DNA from: the human T2T-CHM13v2.0 reference genome, Homo sapiens
Direction: 5' to 3'
DNA: 64,000 nucleotides
Assembly (NCBI GenBank): GCA_009914755.4
Contig: CP086569.2
Span: 12,064,001 to 12,128,000 of the forward strand
Shown piece after piece: positions 14,701 to 27,733 of the stretch. Within the stretch, counting starts at the first letter, position 1. The number at the start of each line of letters is the position of its first letter. The notes under the pieces were generated by a model, which was given only the letters and a program-made list of their open reading frames with translations, ran no database searches and was not told where the DNA came from. The position numbers were made by a program, and so were the translations under genes.

Positions 14701-17700
14701 CAAATGGACAGGAATGGAATGGAATGGACTCGAATGGAATGGAGTCAAATGCAAACGCATCGAATGGAATGGATTCAAATGGAATGCAATTGAATGGAAT
14801 AGAAAGGAAGAGAATGGAATTGAGAGTAATGGAAAGATATCGATTGGAATGAAATGGAATGGAAAGGAATTGAATGGAAAGGAATGGACTCGAAAGAAAT
14901 GGATTGGAATGGAATGGTCTCCAATGGAATGGACTGGAGTGGAATGCAATTGAATGGAAAGAAAAGAATGGAACGGAATGGAACGGAAAGGAATAGAATG
15001 TTATGGAATCCGATTGAACAGAATGGAATGGAATGCAGTTTCATGAAATGGAGTCGAATATAGTGGCATCAAAAGGAATGGAATGGAGTGGACTCAAAAG
15101 GAATGGACTCGAAAGGAATGGAGTCGAACCAAATTGAATCAAATGGATTGGAGTCGAACAGAATGGAATGGAATGGAATGAACTCGACTGGAGTAGAGAG
15201 GAATGAAAAGGAATAGAATGGAATGTAATCAAATGGATTGCAAGTGAATGGAATCAAAAATAATAGAAAGGAATGGAGTGTAAAGGGAATATATTGAATT
15301 AAATGGAATGGAATGGAATTTAATGGAATGGAGTCGAAGGAATGGACAGGAATGTAATGGACTCCAATGGAATGGAATGGAACAAAATGGATTTGAACAG
15401 ATTGGAATCGAACGGAATGGAATGCAATGAAATGGAATGGACTCGATCAGAACGGACTGGAGAGGAATGTACACAAATGGAATGGAAACGAAAGGAATGG
15501 AATGAAATGGAATGGAATGCAATGGAATTGAAAGGAACGGAATCAAATGGAATGGAATGGAATGGAATGGATTCGAATAGAATGGATTCAAATAAAATAG
15601 AATCGATTGCAATGGTATTGAACGGAAGGGACTTGAATGGAATGGAAAGCAATGGAAGATATTGGAATCGAATGGCATCGAATGAAATGGAATGGAACGG
15701 AATGGAACGGACCCGAATGGTATGGAATGGACTCAAATGTAATGGACTCGAAAGGAATCGACTGAAATATAATAGACTCGAAAGGAATGGCCTCGAGCGG
15801 AATTTATTTGAATAGAATTGAATCAAATGGAATACAATAGTATGGAATGGAATCGAATGGAATGGAATCGAATGGAATGTAATCAAATGGAATGGAACGG
15901 AATTCAATATAATGGAGTAGAATGGAATGCATTGGAAAGGAGCAGAGTGGAATCGAGTGGATTGGAATCGAGTGGAATGGAATCAAAGGGAACGAAATCG
16001 AATTGAATGGACTTGAATGGAATTGAGTCGAAAGGAAATGACTCGAAAGGAATGGACTGGAACAAAAAGGAATCAAATGGACAGGAATGGAATGGAATGG
16101 ACTCGAATGGAATGGAGTCAAATGCAAACGCATCGAATGGAATGGATTCAAATGGAATGCAATTGAATGGAATAGAAAGGAAGAGAATGGAATTGAGAGT
16201 AATGGAAAGATATCGATTGGAATGAAATGGAATGGAAAGGAATTGAATGGAAAGGAATGGACTCGAAAGAAATGGATTGGAATGCAATGGTCTCCAATGG
16301 AATGGACTGGAGTGGAATGGAATCGAATGGAATGAAAAGAATGGAACGGAATGGAACGGAAAGGAATAGAATGTTATGGAATCCGATTGGACAGAATGGA
16401 ATGGAATGCAGTTTCATGAAATGGAGTCGAATAGAGTGGCATCAAAAGGAATGGAATGGAGTGGACTCAAAAGGAATGGACTCGAAAGGAATGGAGTCGA
16501 ACCAAATTGAATCAAATGGATTGGAATCGAACAGAATGGAATGGAATGGAATGAACTCGACTGGAGTAGAGAGGAATGAAAAGGAATAGAATGGAATGTA
16601 ATCAAATGGATTGCAAATGAATGGAATCAAAAATAATAGAAAGGAATGGAGTGTAAAGGGATGATATTGAATTAAATGGAATGGAATGGAATTTAATTTA
16701 ATGGAGTAGAAGGAATGGACAGGAATGTAATGGACTCCTATGGAATAGAATGGATCAAAATGGATTTGAACAGATTGGAATCGAACGGAATGGAATGCAA
16801 TGAAATGGAATGGACTCGATCAGAACGGACTGGAGAGTAATGTACACAATTGGAATGGAAACGAAAGGAATGCAATGAAAAGGAATGGAATGCAATGGAA
16901 TTGAAAGGAACGGAATCAAATGGAATGGAATGGAATGGAATGGATTGGAATAGAATGGATTCAAATAAAATAGAATCGATTGCAATGGTATTGAATGGAA
17001 GGGACTTGAATGGAATGGAAAGCAATGGAAGATATTGGAATCGAATGGCATAGAATGAAATGGAATGGAACGGAATGGAACGGACCAGAATGGTATGGAA
17101 TGGACTCAAATGTAATGGACTCGAATGGAATCGACTGAAATATAATAGACTCGAAAGGAATGGCCTCGAGCGGAATTTATTTGAATAGAATGGAATCAAA
17201 TGGAATACAATAGTATCGAATGGAATCGAATGGAATGGAATCGAATGGAATGCAATCAAATGGAATGGAACGGAATTCAATATACTGGAGTAGAATGGAA
17301 TGCATTGGAAAGGAGCAGAGTGGAATCGAGTGGATTGGAATCGAGTGGAATGGAATCAAAGGGAACGAAATCGAATTGAATGGACTTGAATGCAATTGAG
17401 TCGAAAGGAATTGACTCGAAAGGAATGGACTGGAACAAAAAGGAATCAAATGGACAGGAATGGAATGGAATGGACTCGAATGGAATGGAGTCAAATGCAA
17501 ACGCATCGAATGGAATGGATTCAAATGGAATGCAATTGAATGGAATAGAAAGGAAGAGAATGGAATTGAGAGTACTGGAAAGATATCGATTGGAATGAAA
17601 TGGAATGGAAAGGAATTGAATGGAAAGGAATGGACTCGAAAGAAATGGATTGGAATGGAATGGTCTCCAATGGAATGGACTGGAGTGGAATGGAATCGAA

Positions 17701-20700
17701 TGGAAAGAAAAGAATGGAACGGAATGGAACGGAAAGGAATAGAATGTTATGGAATCCGACTGGACAGAATGTAATGGAATGCAGTTTCATGAAATGGAGT
17801 CGAATAGAGTGGCATGAAAAGGAATGGAATGGAGTGGACTCAAAAGGAATGGACTCGAAAGGAATGGAGTCGAACCAAATTGAATCAAATGGATTGGAGT
17901 CGAACAGAATGGAATGGAATGGAATGAACTCGACTGGAGTAGAGAGGAATGAAAAGGAATAGAATGGAATGTAATCAAATGGATTGCAAGTGAATGGAAT
18001 CAAAAATAATAGAAAGGAATGGAGTGTAAAGGGATGATATTGAATTAAATGGAATGGAATGGAATTTAATGGAATGGAGTCGAAGGAATGGACAGGAATG
18101 TAATGGACTCCTATGGAATGGAATGGATCAAAATGGATTTGAACAGATTGGAATCGAACGGAACGGAATGCAATGAAATGGAATGGACTCGATCAGAACG
18201 GACTGGAGAGGAATGTACACAAATGGAATGGAAACGAAAGGAATGGAATGAAATGGAGTGGAATGCAATGGAATTGAAAGGAACGGAAACAAATGGAATG
18301 GAATGGAATGGAATGGATTGGAATAGAATGGATTCAAATAAAATAGAATCGATTGCAATGGTATTGAATGGAAGGGACTTGAATGGAATGGAAAGCAATG
18401 GAAGATATTGGAATCGAATGGCACCGAATGAAATGGAATGGAACGGAATGGAACGGACCCGAATGGAATGGAATGGACTCAAATGTAATGGACTCGAATG
18501 CAATCGACTGAAATATAATAGACTCGAAAGGAATGGCCTCGAGCGGAATTTATTTGAATAGAATGGAATCAAATGGAATACAATATTATAGAATGGAATC
18601 GAATGGAATGGAATCGAATGGAATGTAATCAAATGGAATGGAACGGAATTCAATATAATGGAGTAGAATGGAATGCATTGGAAAGGAGCAGAGTGGAATC
18701 GAGTGGATTGGAATCGAGTGGAATGGAATCAAAGGGAACGAAATCGAATTGAATGGACTTGAATGGAATTGAGTCGAAAGGAATTGACTCGAAAGGAATG
18801 GACTGGAACAAAAAGGAATCAAATGGACAGGAATGGAATGGAATGGACTCGAATGGAATGGAGTCAAATGCAAACGCATCGAATGGAATGGATTCAAATG
18901 GAATGCAATTGAATGGAATAGAAAGGAAGAGAATGGAATTGAGAGTAATGGAAAGATATCGATTGGAATGAAATGGAATGGAAAGGAATTGAATGGAAAG
19001 GAATGGACTCGAAAGAAATGGATTGGAATGGAATGGTCTCCAATGGAATGGACTGGAGTGGAATGCAATCGAATGGAAAGAAAAGAATGAAACGGAATGG
19101 AACGGAAAGGAATAGAATGTTATGGAATCCGATTGGACAGAATGGAATGGAATGCAGTTTTATGAAATGGAGTCGAATATAGTGGCATCAAAAGGAATGG
19201 AATGGAGTGGACTCAAAAGGAATGGACTCGAAAGGAATGGAGTCGAACCAAATTGAATCAAATGGATTGGAGTCGAACAGAATGGAATGGAATGGAATGA
19301 ACTCGAGTGGAGTAGAGAGGAATGAAAAGGAATAGAATGGAATGTAATCAAATGGATTGCAAGTGAATGGAATCAAAAATAATAGAAAGGAATGGAGTGT
19401 AAAGGGATGATATTGAATTAAATGGAATGGAATGGAATTTAATGGAATGGAGTCGAAGGAATGGACAGGAATGTAATGGACTCCAATGGAATGGAATGGA
19501 TCAAAATGGATTTGAACAGATTGGAATCGAACGGAATGGAATGCAATGAAATGGAATGGACTCGATCAGAACGGACTGGAGAGGAATGTACACAAATGGA
19601 ATGGAAACGAAAGGAATGGAATGAAATGGAATGGAATGCAATGGAATTGAAAGGAACGGAATCAAATGGAATGGAATGGAATGGAATGGATTGGAATAGA
19701 ATGGATTCAAATAAAATAGAATCGATTGCAATGGTATTGAATGGAAGGGACTTGAATGGAATGGAAAGCAATGGAAGATATTGGAATCGAATGGCATCGA
19801 ATGAAATGGAATGGAACGGAATGGAACGGACCCGAATGGAATGGAATGGACTCAAATGTAATGGACTCGAATGGAATCGACTGAAATATAATAGACTCGA
19901 AAGGAATGGCCTCGAGAGGAATTTATTTGAATAGAATGGAATCAAATGGAATACAATAGTATGGAATGGAATCGAATGGAATGGAATCGAATGGAATGTA
20001 ATCAAATGGAATGGAACGGAATTCAATATAATGGAGTAGAATGGAATGCATTGGAAAGGAGCAGAGTGGAATCGAGTGGATTGGAATCGAGTGGAATGGA
20101 ATCAAAGGGAACGAAATCGAATTGAATGGACTTGAATGGAATTGAGTCGAAAGGAATTGACTCAAAAGGAATGGACTGGAACAAAAAGGAATCAAATGGA
20201 CAGGAATGGAATGGAATGGACTCGAATGGAATGGAGTCAAATGCAAAGGCATCGAATGGAATGGATTCAAATGGAATGCAATTGAATGGAATAGAAAGGA
20301 AGAGAATGGAATTGAGAGTAATGGAAAGATATCGATTGGAATGGAATGGAATGGAAAGGAATTGAATGGAAAGGAATGGACTCGAAAGAAATGGATTGGA
20401 ATGGAATGGTCTCCAATGGAATGGACTGGAGTGGAATGGAATCGAATGGAAAGAAAAGAATGGAACGGAATGGAACGGAAAGGAATAGAATGTTATGGAA
20501 TCCGATTGGACAGAATGGAATGGAATGCAGTTTCATGAAATGGAGTCGAACAGAGTGACATCAAAAGGAATGGAATGGAGTGGACTCAAAAGGAATGGAC
20601 TCGAAAGGAATGGAGTCGAACCAAATTGAATCAAATGGATTGGAGTCGAACAGAATGGAATGGAATGGAATGAACTCGACTGGAGTAGAGAGGAATGAAA

Positions 20701-21040
20701 AGGAATAGAATGGAATGTAATCAAATGGATTGCAAGAGAATGGAATCAAAAATAATAGAAAGGAATGGAGAGTAAAGGGATGATATTGAATTAAATGGAA
20801 TGGAATGGAATTTAATGGAATGGAGTCGAAGGAATGGACAGGAATGTAATGGATTCCAATGGAATGGAATGGATCAAAATGGATTTGAACAGATTGGAAT
20901 CGAACGGAATGGAATGCAATGAAATGGAATGGACTCGATCAGAACGGACTGGAGAGGAATGTACACAAATGGAATGGAAACGAATGGAATGCAATGAAAT
21001 GGAATGGAATGCAATGGAATTGAAAGTAACGGAATCAAAT

Positions 21041-21085
21041 GGAATAGAATGGAATGGAATGGAATGGAATGGAATGGAATGGAAT
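21041..21085 (+). repeat. Expanded GGAAT microtract (ggaat-agaat followed by 7 pure ggaat; canonical is 4) inside HOR copy 20834-22231 (1398 bp)
   Basis: The canonical sequence is caaat ggaat x4 ggatt. Here it is caaat ggaat agaat ggaat x7 ggatt, a 25-bp gain, which gives a 1398-bp landmark spacing. Confidence 0.85.
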
Positions 21086-24000
21086 GGATTGGAATAGAAT
21101 GGATTCAAATAAAATAGAATCGATTGCAATGGTATTGAATGGAAGGGACTTGAATGGAATGGAAAGCAATGGAAGATATTGGAATCGAATGGCACCGAAT
21201 GAAATGGAATGGAACGGAATGGAACGGACCCGAATGGAATGGAATGGACTCAAATGTAATGGACTCGAATGCAATCGACTGAAATATAATAGACTCGAAA
21301 GGAATGGCCTCGAGCGGAATTTATTTGAATAGAATGGAATGAAATGGAATACAATAGTATGGAATGGAATCGAATGGAATGGAATCGAATGGAATGTAAT
21401 CAAATGGAATGGAACGGAATTCAATATAATGGAGTAGAATGGAATGCATTGGAAAGGAGCAGAGTGGAATCCAGTGTATTGGAATCGAGTGGAATGGAAT
21501 CAAAGGGAACAAAATCGAATTGAATGGACTTGAATGGAATTGAGTCGAAAGGAATTGACTCGAAAGGAATGGACTGGAACAAAAAGGAATCAAATGGACA
21601 GGAATGGAATGGAATGGACTCGAATGGAATGGAGTCAAATGCAAACGCATCGAATGGAATGGATTCAAATGGAATGCAATTGAATGGAATAGAAAGGAAG
21701 AGAATGGAATTGAGAGTAATGGAAAGATATCGATTGGAATGAAATGGAATGGAAAGGAATTGAATGGAAAGGAACGGACTCGAAAGAAATGGGTTGGAAT
21801 GGAATGGTCTCCAATGGAATGGACTGGAGTGGAATGGAATCGAATGGAATGAAAAGAATGGAACGGAATGGAACGGAAAATAATAGAATGTTATGGAATC
21901 CGATTGGACAGAATGGAATGGAATGCAGTTTCATGAAATGGAGTCGAACAGAGTGACATCAAAAGGAATGGAATGGAGTGGACTCAAAAGGAATGGACTC
22001 GAAAGGAATGGAGTCGAACCAAATTGAATCAAATGGATTGGATTCGAACAGAATGGAATGGAATGGAATGAACTCGACTGGAGTAGAGAGGAATGAAAAG
22101 GAATAGAATGGAATGTAATCAAATGGATTGCAAGTGAATGGAATCAAAAATAATAGAAAGGAATGGAGTGTAAAAGGATGATGTTGAATTAAACGGAATG
22201 GAATGGAATTTAATGGAATGGAGTCGAAGGAATGGACAGGAATGTAATGGACTCCAATGGAATGGAATGGATCAAAATGGATTTGAACAGATTGGAATCG
22301 AACGGAATGGAATGCAATGAAATGGAATGGACTCGAACAGAACGGACTTGAAAGGAATATACACAAATGGAAAGGAAACGAATGGAATGGAATGAAATGG
22401 AATGGAATGCAATGGAATTGAAAGGAACGGAATCAAATGGAATGGAATGGAATGGAATGGAATGGATTGGAATAGAATGGATACAAATATAATAGAATCG
22501 ATTGCAATGGTATTGAATGGAAGGGACTTGAATGGAATGGAAAGCAATGGAAGATATTGGAATCGAATGGCATCGAATGAAATGGAATGGAACGGAATGG
22601 AACTGACCCGAATGGAATGGAATGGACTCAAATGTAATGGACTCGAATGGAATCGACTGAAATATAATAGACTCGAAAGGAATGGCCTCGAGAGGAATTT
22701 ATTTGAATAGAATGGAATCAAATGGAATACAATAGTATAGAATGGAATCGAATGGAATGGAATCGAATGGAATGTAATCAAATGGAATGGAACGGAATTC
22801 AATATAATGGAGTAGAATGGAATGCATTGGAAAGGAGCAGAGTGGAATCGAGTGGATTGGAATCGAGTGGAATGGAATCAAAGGGAACGAAATCGAATTG
22901 AATGGACTTGAATGGAATTGAGTCGAAATGAATTGACTCGAAAGGAATGGACTGGAACAAAAAGGAATCAAATGGACAGGAATGGAATGGAATGGACTCG
23001 AATGGAATGGAGTCAAATTCAAACGCATCGAATGGAATGGATTCAAATGGAATGCAATTGAATGGAATAGAAAGGAAGAGAATGGAATTGTGAGTAATGG
23101 AAAGATATCGATTGGAATGAAATGGAATGGAAAGGAATTGAATGGAAAGGAATGGACTCGAAAGAAATGGATTGGAATGGAATGGTCTCCAATGGAATGG
23201 ACTTGAGTGGAATGGAATCGAATGGAAAGAAAAGAATGGAACGGAATGGAACGGAAAGGAATAGAATGTTATGGAATCCGATTGGACATAATGGAATGGA
23301 ATGCAGTTTCATGAAATGGAGTCGAATAGAGTGGCATCAAAAGGAATGGAATGGAGTGGACTCAAAAGGAATGGACTCGAAAGGAATGGAGTCGAACCAA
23401 ATTGAATCAAATGGATTGGAGTCGAACAGAATGGAATGGAATGGAATGAACTCGACTGGAGTGGAGAGGAATGAAAAGGAATAGAATGGAATGTAATCAA
23501 ATGGATTGCAAGTGAATGGAATCAAAAATAATAGAAAGGAATGGAGTGTAAAGGGATGATATTGAATTAAATGGAATGGAATGGAATTTAATGGAATGGA
23601 GTCGAAGGAATGGACAGGAATGTAATGGACTCCAATGGAATGGAATGGATCAAAATGGATTTGAACAGATTGGAATCGAACGGAATGGAATGCAATGAAA
23701 TGGAATGGACTCGATCAGAACGGACTGGAGAGGAATGTACACAAATGGAATGGAATCGAAAGGAATGGAATGAAATGGAATAGAATGCAATGGAATTGAA
23801 AGGAACGGAATCAAATAGAATGGAATGGAATGGAATGGAATGGATTGGAATAGAATGGATTCAAATATAATAGAATCGATTGCAATGGTATTGAATGGAA
23901 GGGACTTGAATGGAATGGAAAGCAATGGAAGATATTGGAATCGAATGGCATCGAATGAAATGGAATGGAACGGAATGGAACGGACTGTAATGGAATGGAA

Positions 24001-27000
24001 TGGACTCAAATGTAATGGACTCGAATGGAATCGACTGAAATATAATAGACTCGAAAGGAATGGCCTCGAGCGGAATTTATTTGAATAGAATGGAATCAAA
24101 TGGAATACAATCGTATGGAATGGAATCGAATGGAATGGAATCGAATGGAATGTAATCAAATGGAATGGAACGGAATTCAATATAATGGAGTAGAATGGAA
24201 TGCATTGGAAAGGAGCAGAGTGGAATCGAGTGGATTGGAATCGAGTGGAATGGAATCAAAGGGAACGAAATCGAATTGAATGGACTTGAATGGAATTGAG
24301 TTGAAAGGAATTGACTCGAAAGGAATGGACTGGAACAAAAAGGAATCAAATGGACAGGAATGGAATGGAATGGACTCGAATGGAATGGAGTCAAATGCAA
24401 ACGCATCGAATGGAATGGATTCAAATGGAATGCAATTGAATGGAATAGAAAGGAAGAGAATGGAATTGAGAGTAATGGAAAGATATCGATTGGAATGAAA
24501 TGGAATGGAAAGGAATTGAATGGAAAGGAATGGACTCGAAAGAAATGGATTGGAATGGAATGGTCTCCAAAGGAATGGACTGGAGTGGAATGGAATCGAA
24601 TGGAAAGAAAAGAATGGAACGGAATGGAACGGAAAGGAATAGAATGTTATGGAATCCGATTGGACAGAATGGAATGGAATGCAGTTTCATGAAATGGAGT
24701 CGAATAGAGCGTCATCAAAAGGAATGGAATGGAGTGGACTCAAAAGGAATGGACTCGAAAGGAATGGATTCGAACCAAATTGAATCAAATTGATTGGACT
24801 CGAACAGAATGGAATGGAATGGAATGAACTCGACTGGAGTAGAGAGGAATGAAAAGGAATAGAATGGAATGTAATCAAATGGATTGCAAGTGAATGGAAT
24901 CAAAAATAATAGAAAGGAATGGAGTGTAAAGGGATGATATTGAATTAAATGGAATGGAATGGGATTTAATGGAATGGAGTAGAAGGAATGGACAGGAATG
25001 TAATGGACTCCAATGGAATGGAATGGATCAAAATGGATTTGAACAGATTGGAATCGAACGGAATGGAATGCAATGAAATAGAATGGACTCGATCAGACCG
25101 GACTGGAGAGGAATGTACACAAATGGAATGGAAACGAAAGGAATGGAATGAAATGGAATGGAATGCAATGGAATTGAAAGGAACGGAATCAAATGGAATG
25201 GAATGGAATGGAATAGATTGGAATAGAATTGATTCAAATAAAATAGAATCGATTGCAATGGTATTGAATGGAAGGGACTTGAATGGAATGGAAAGCAATG
25301 GAAGATATTGGAATCGAATGGCATCGAATGAAACGGAATGGAACGGAATGGAACGGACCCGAATGGAATGGAATGGACTCAAATGTAATGGATTCGAATG
25401 GAATCGACTGAAATATAATAGACTCGAAAGGAATGGCCTCGAGCGGAATTTATTTGAATAGAATAGAATCAAATGGAATACAATAGTATGGAATGGAATC
25501 GAATGGAATGGAATCGAATGGAATGTAATCAAATGGAATGGAACGGAATTCAATATAATGGAGTAGAATGGAATGCATTGGAAAGGAGCAGAGTGGAATC
25601 GAGTGGATTGGAATCGAGTGGAATGGAATCAAAGGGAACGAAATCGAATTGAATGGACTTGAATGGAATTGAGTCGAAAGGAATTGACTCGAAAGGAATG
25701 GACTGGAATAAAAAGGAATCAAATGGACAGGAATGGAATGGAATGGACTCGAATGGAATGGAGTCAAATGCAAACGCATCGAATGGAATGGATTCAAATG
25801 GAATGCAATTGAATGGAATAGAAAGGAAGAGAATGGAATTGAGAGTAATGGAAAGATATCGATTGGAATGAAATGGAATGGAAAGGAATTGAATGGAAAG
25901 GAATGGACTCGAAAGAAATGGATTGGAATGGAATGGTCTCCAATGGAATGGACTGGAGTGGAATGGAATCGAATGGAAAGAAAAGAATGGAACGGAATGG
26001 AACGGAAAGGAATAGAATGTTATGGAATCCGATTGGACAGAATGGAATGGAATGCAGTTTCATGAAATGGAGTCGAATAGAGTGGCATCAAAAGGAATGG
26101 AATGGAGTGGACTCAAAAGGAATGGACTCGAAAGGAATGGAGTCGAACCAAATTGAATCAAATGGATTGGAGTCGAACAGAATGGAATGGAATGGAATGA
26201 ACTCGACTGGAGTAGAGAGGAATGAAAAGGAATAGAATGGAATGTAATCAAATGGATTGCAAGTGAATGGAATCAAAAATAATAGAAAGGAATGGAGTGT
26301 AAAGGGATGATATTGAATTAAATGGAATGGAATGGAATTTAATGGAATGGAGTCGAAGGAATGGACAGGAATGTAATGGACTCCAATGGAATGGAATGGA
26401 TCAAAATGGATTTGAACAGATTGGAATGGAACGGAATGGAATGCAATGAAATGGAATGGACTCGATCAGAACGGACTGGAGAGGAATGTACACAAATGGA
26501 ATGGAAACGAATGGAATGGAATGAAATGGAATGGAATGCAATGGAATTGAAAGGAACGGAATTAAATGGAATGGAATGGAATGGAATGGATTGGAATAGA
26601 ATGGATTCAAATAAAATAAAATCGATTGCAATGGTATTGAATGGAAGGGACTTGAATGGAATGGAAAGCAATGGAAGATATTGGAATCGAATGGCATCGA
26701 ATGAAATGGAATGGAACGGAATGGAACGGACCCGAATGGAATGGAATGGAGTCAAATGTAATGGACTCGAATGGAATCGACTGAAATATAATAGACTCGA
26801 AAGGAATGGCCTCGAGCGGAATTTATTTGAATAGAATGGAATCAAATGGAATACAATAGTATGGAATGGAATCGAATGGAATGGAATCGAATGGAATGTA
26901 ATCAAATGGAATGGAACGGAATTCAATATAATGGAATAGAATGGAATGCATTGGAAAGGAGCAGAGTGGAATCGAGTGTATTGGAATCGAGTGGAATGGA

Positions 27001-27733
27001 ATCAAAGGGAACGAAATCGAATTGAATGGACTTGAATGGAATTGAGTCGAAAGGAATTGACTCGAAAGGAATGGACTGGAACAAAAAGGAATCAAATGGA
27101 CAGGAATGGAATGGAATGGACTCGAATGGAATGGAGTCAAATGCAAACGCATCGAATGGAATGGATTCAAATGGAATGCAATTGAATGGAATAGAAAGGA
27201 AGAGAATGGAATTGAGAGTAATGGAAAGATATCGATTGGAATGAAATGGAATGGAAAGGAATTGAATGGAAAGGAATGGACTCGAAAGAAATGGATTGGA
27301 ATGGAATGGTCTCCAATGGAATGGACTGGAGTGGAATGCAATCGAATGGAAAGAAAAGAATAGAACGGAATGGAACGGAAAGAAATAGAATGTTATGGAA
27401 TCCGATTGGACAGAATGGAATGGAATGCAGTTTCATGAAATGGAGTCGAATAGAGTGGCATCAAAAGGAATGGAATGGAGTGGACTCAAAAGGAATGGAC
27501 TCGAAAGGAATGGAGTCGAACCAAATTGAATCAAATGGATTGGAGTCGAACAGAATGGAATGGAATGGAATGAACTCGACTGGAGTAGAGAGGAATGAAA
27601 AGGAATAGAATGGAATGTAATCAAATCGATTGCAAGTGAATGGAATCAAAAATAATAGAAAGGAATGGAGTGTAAAGGGATGATATTGAATTAAATGGAA
27701 TGGAATGGAATTTAATGGAATGGAGTCGAAGGA

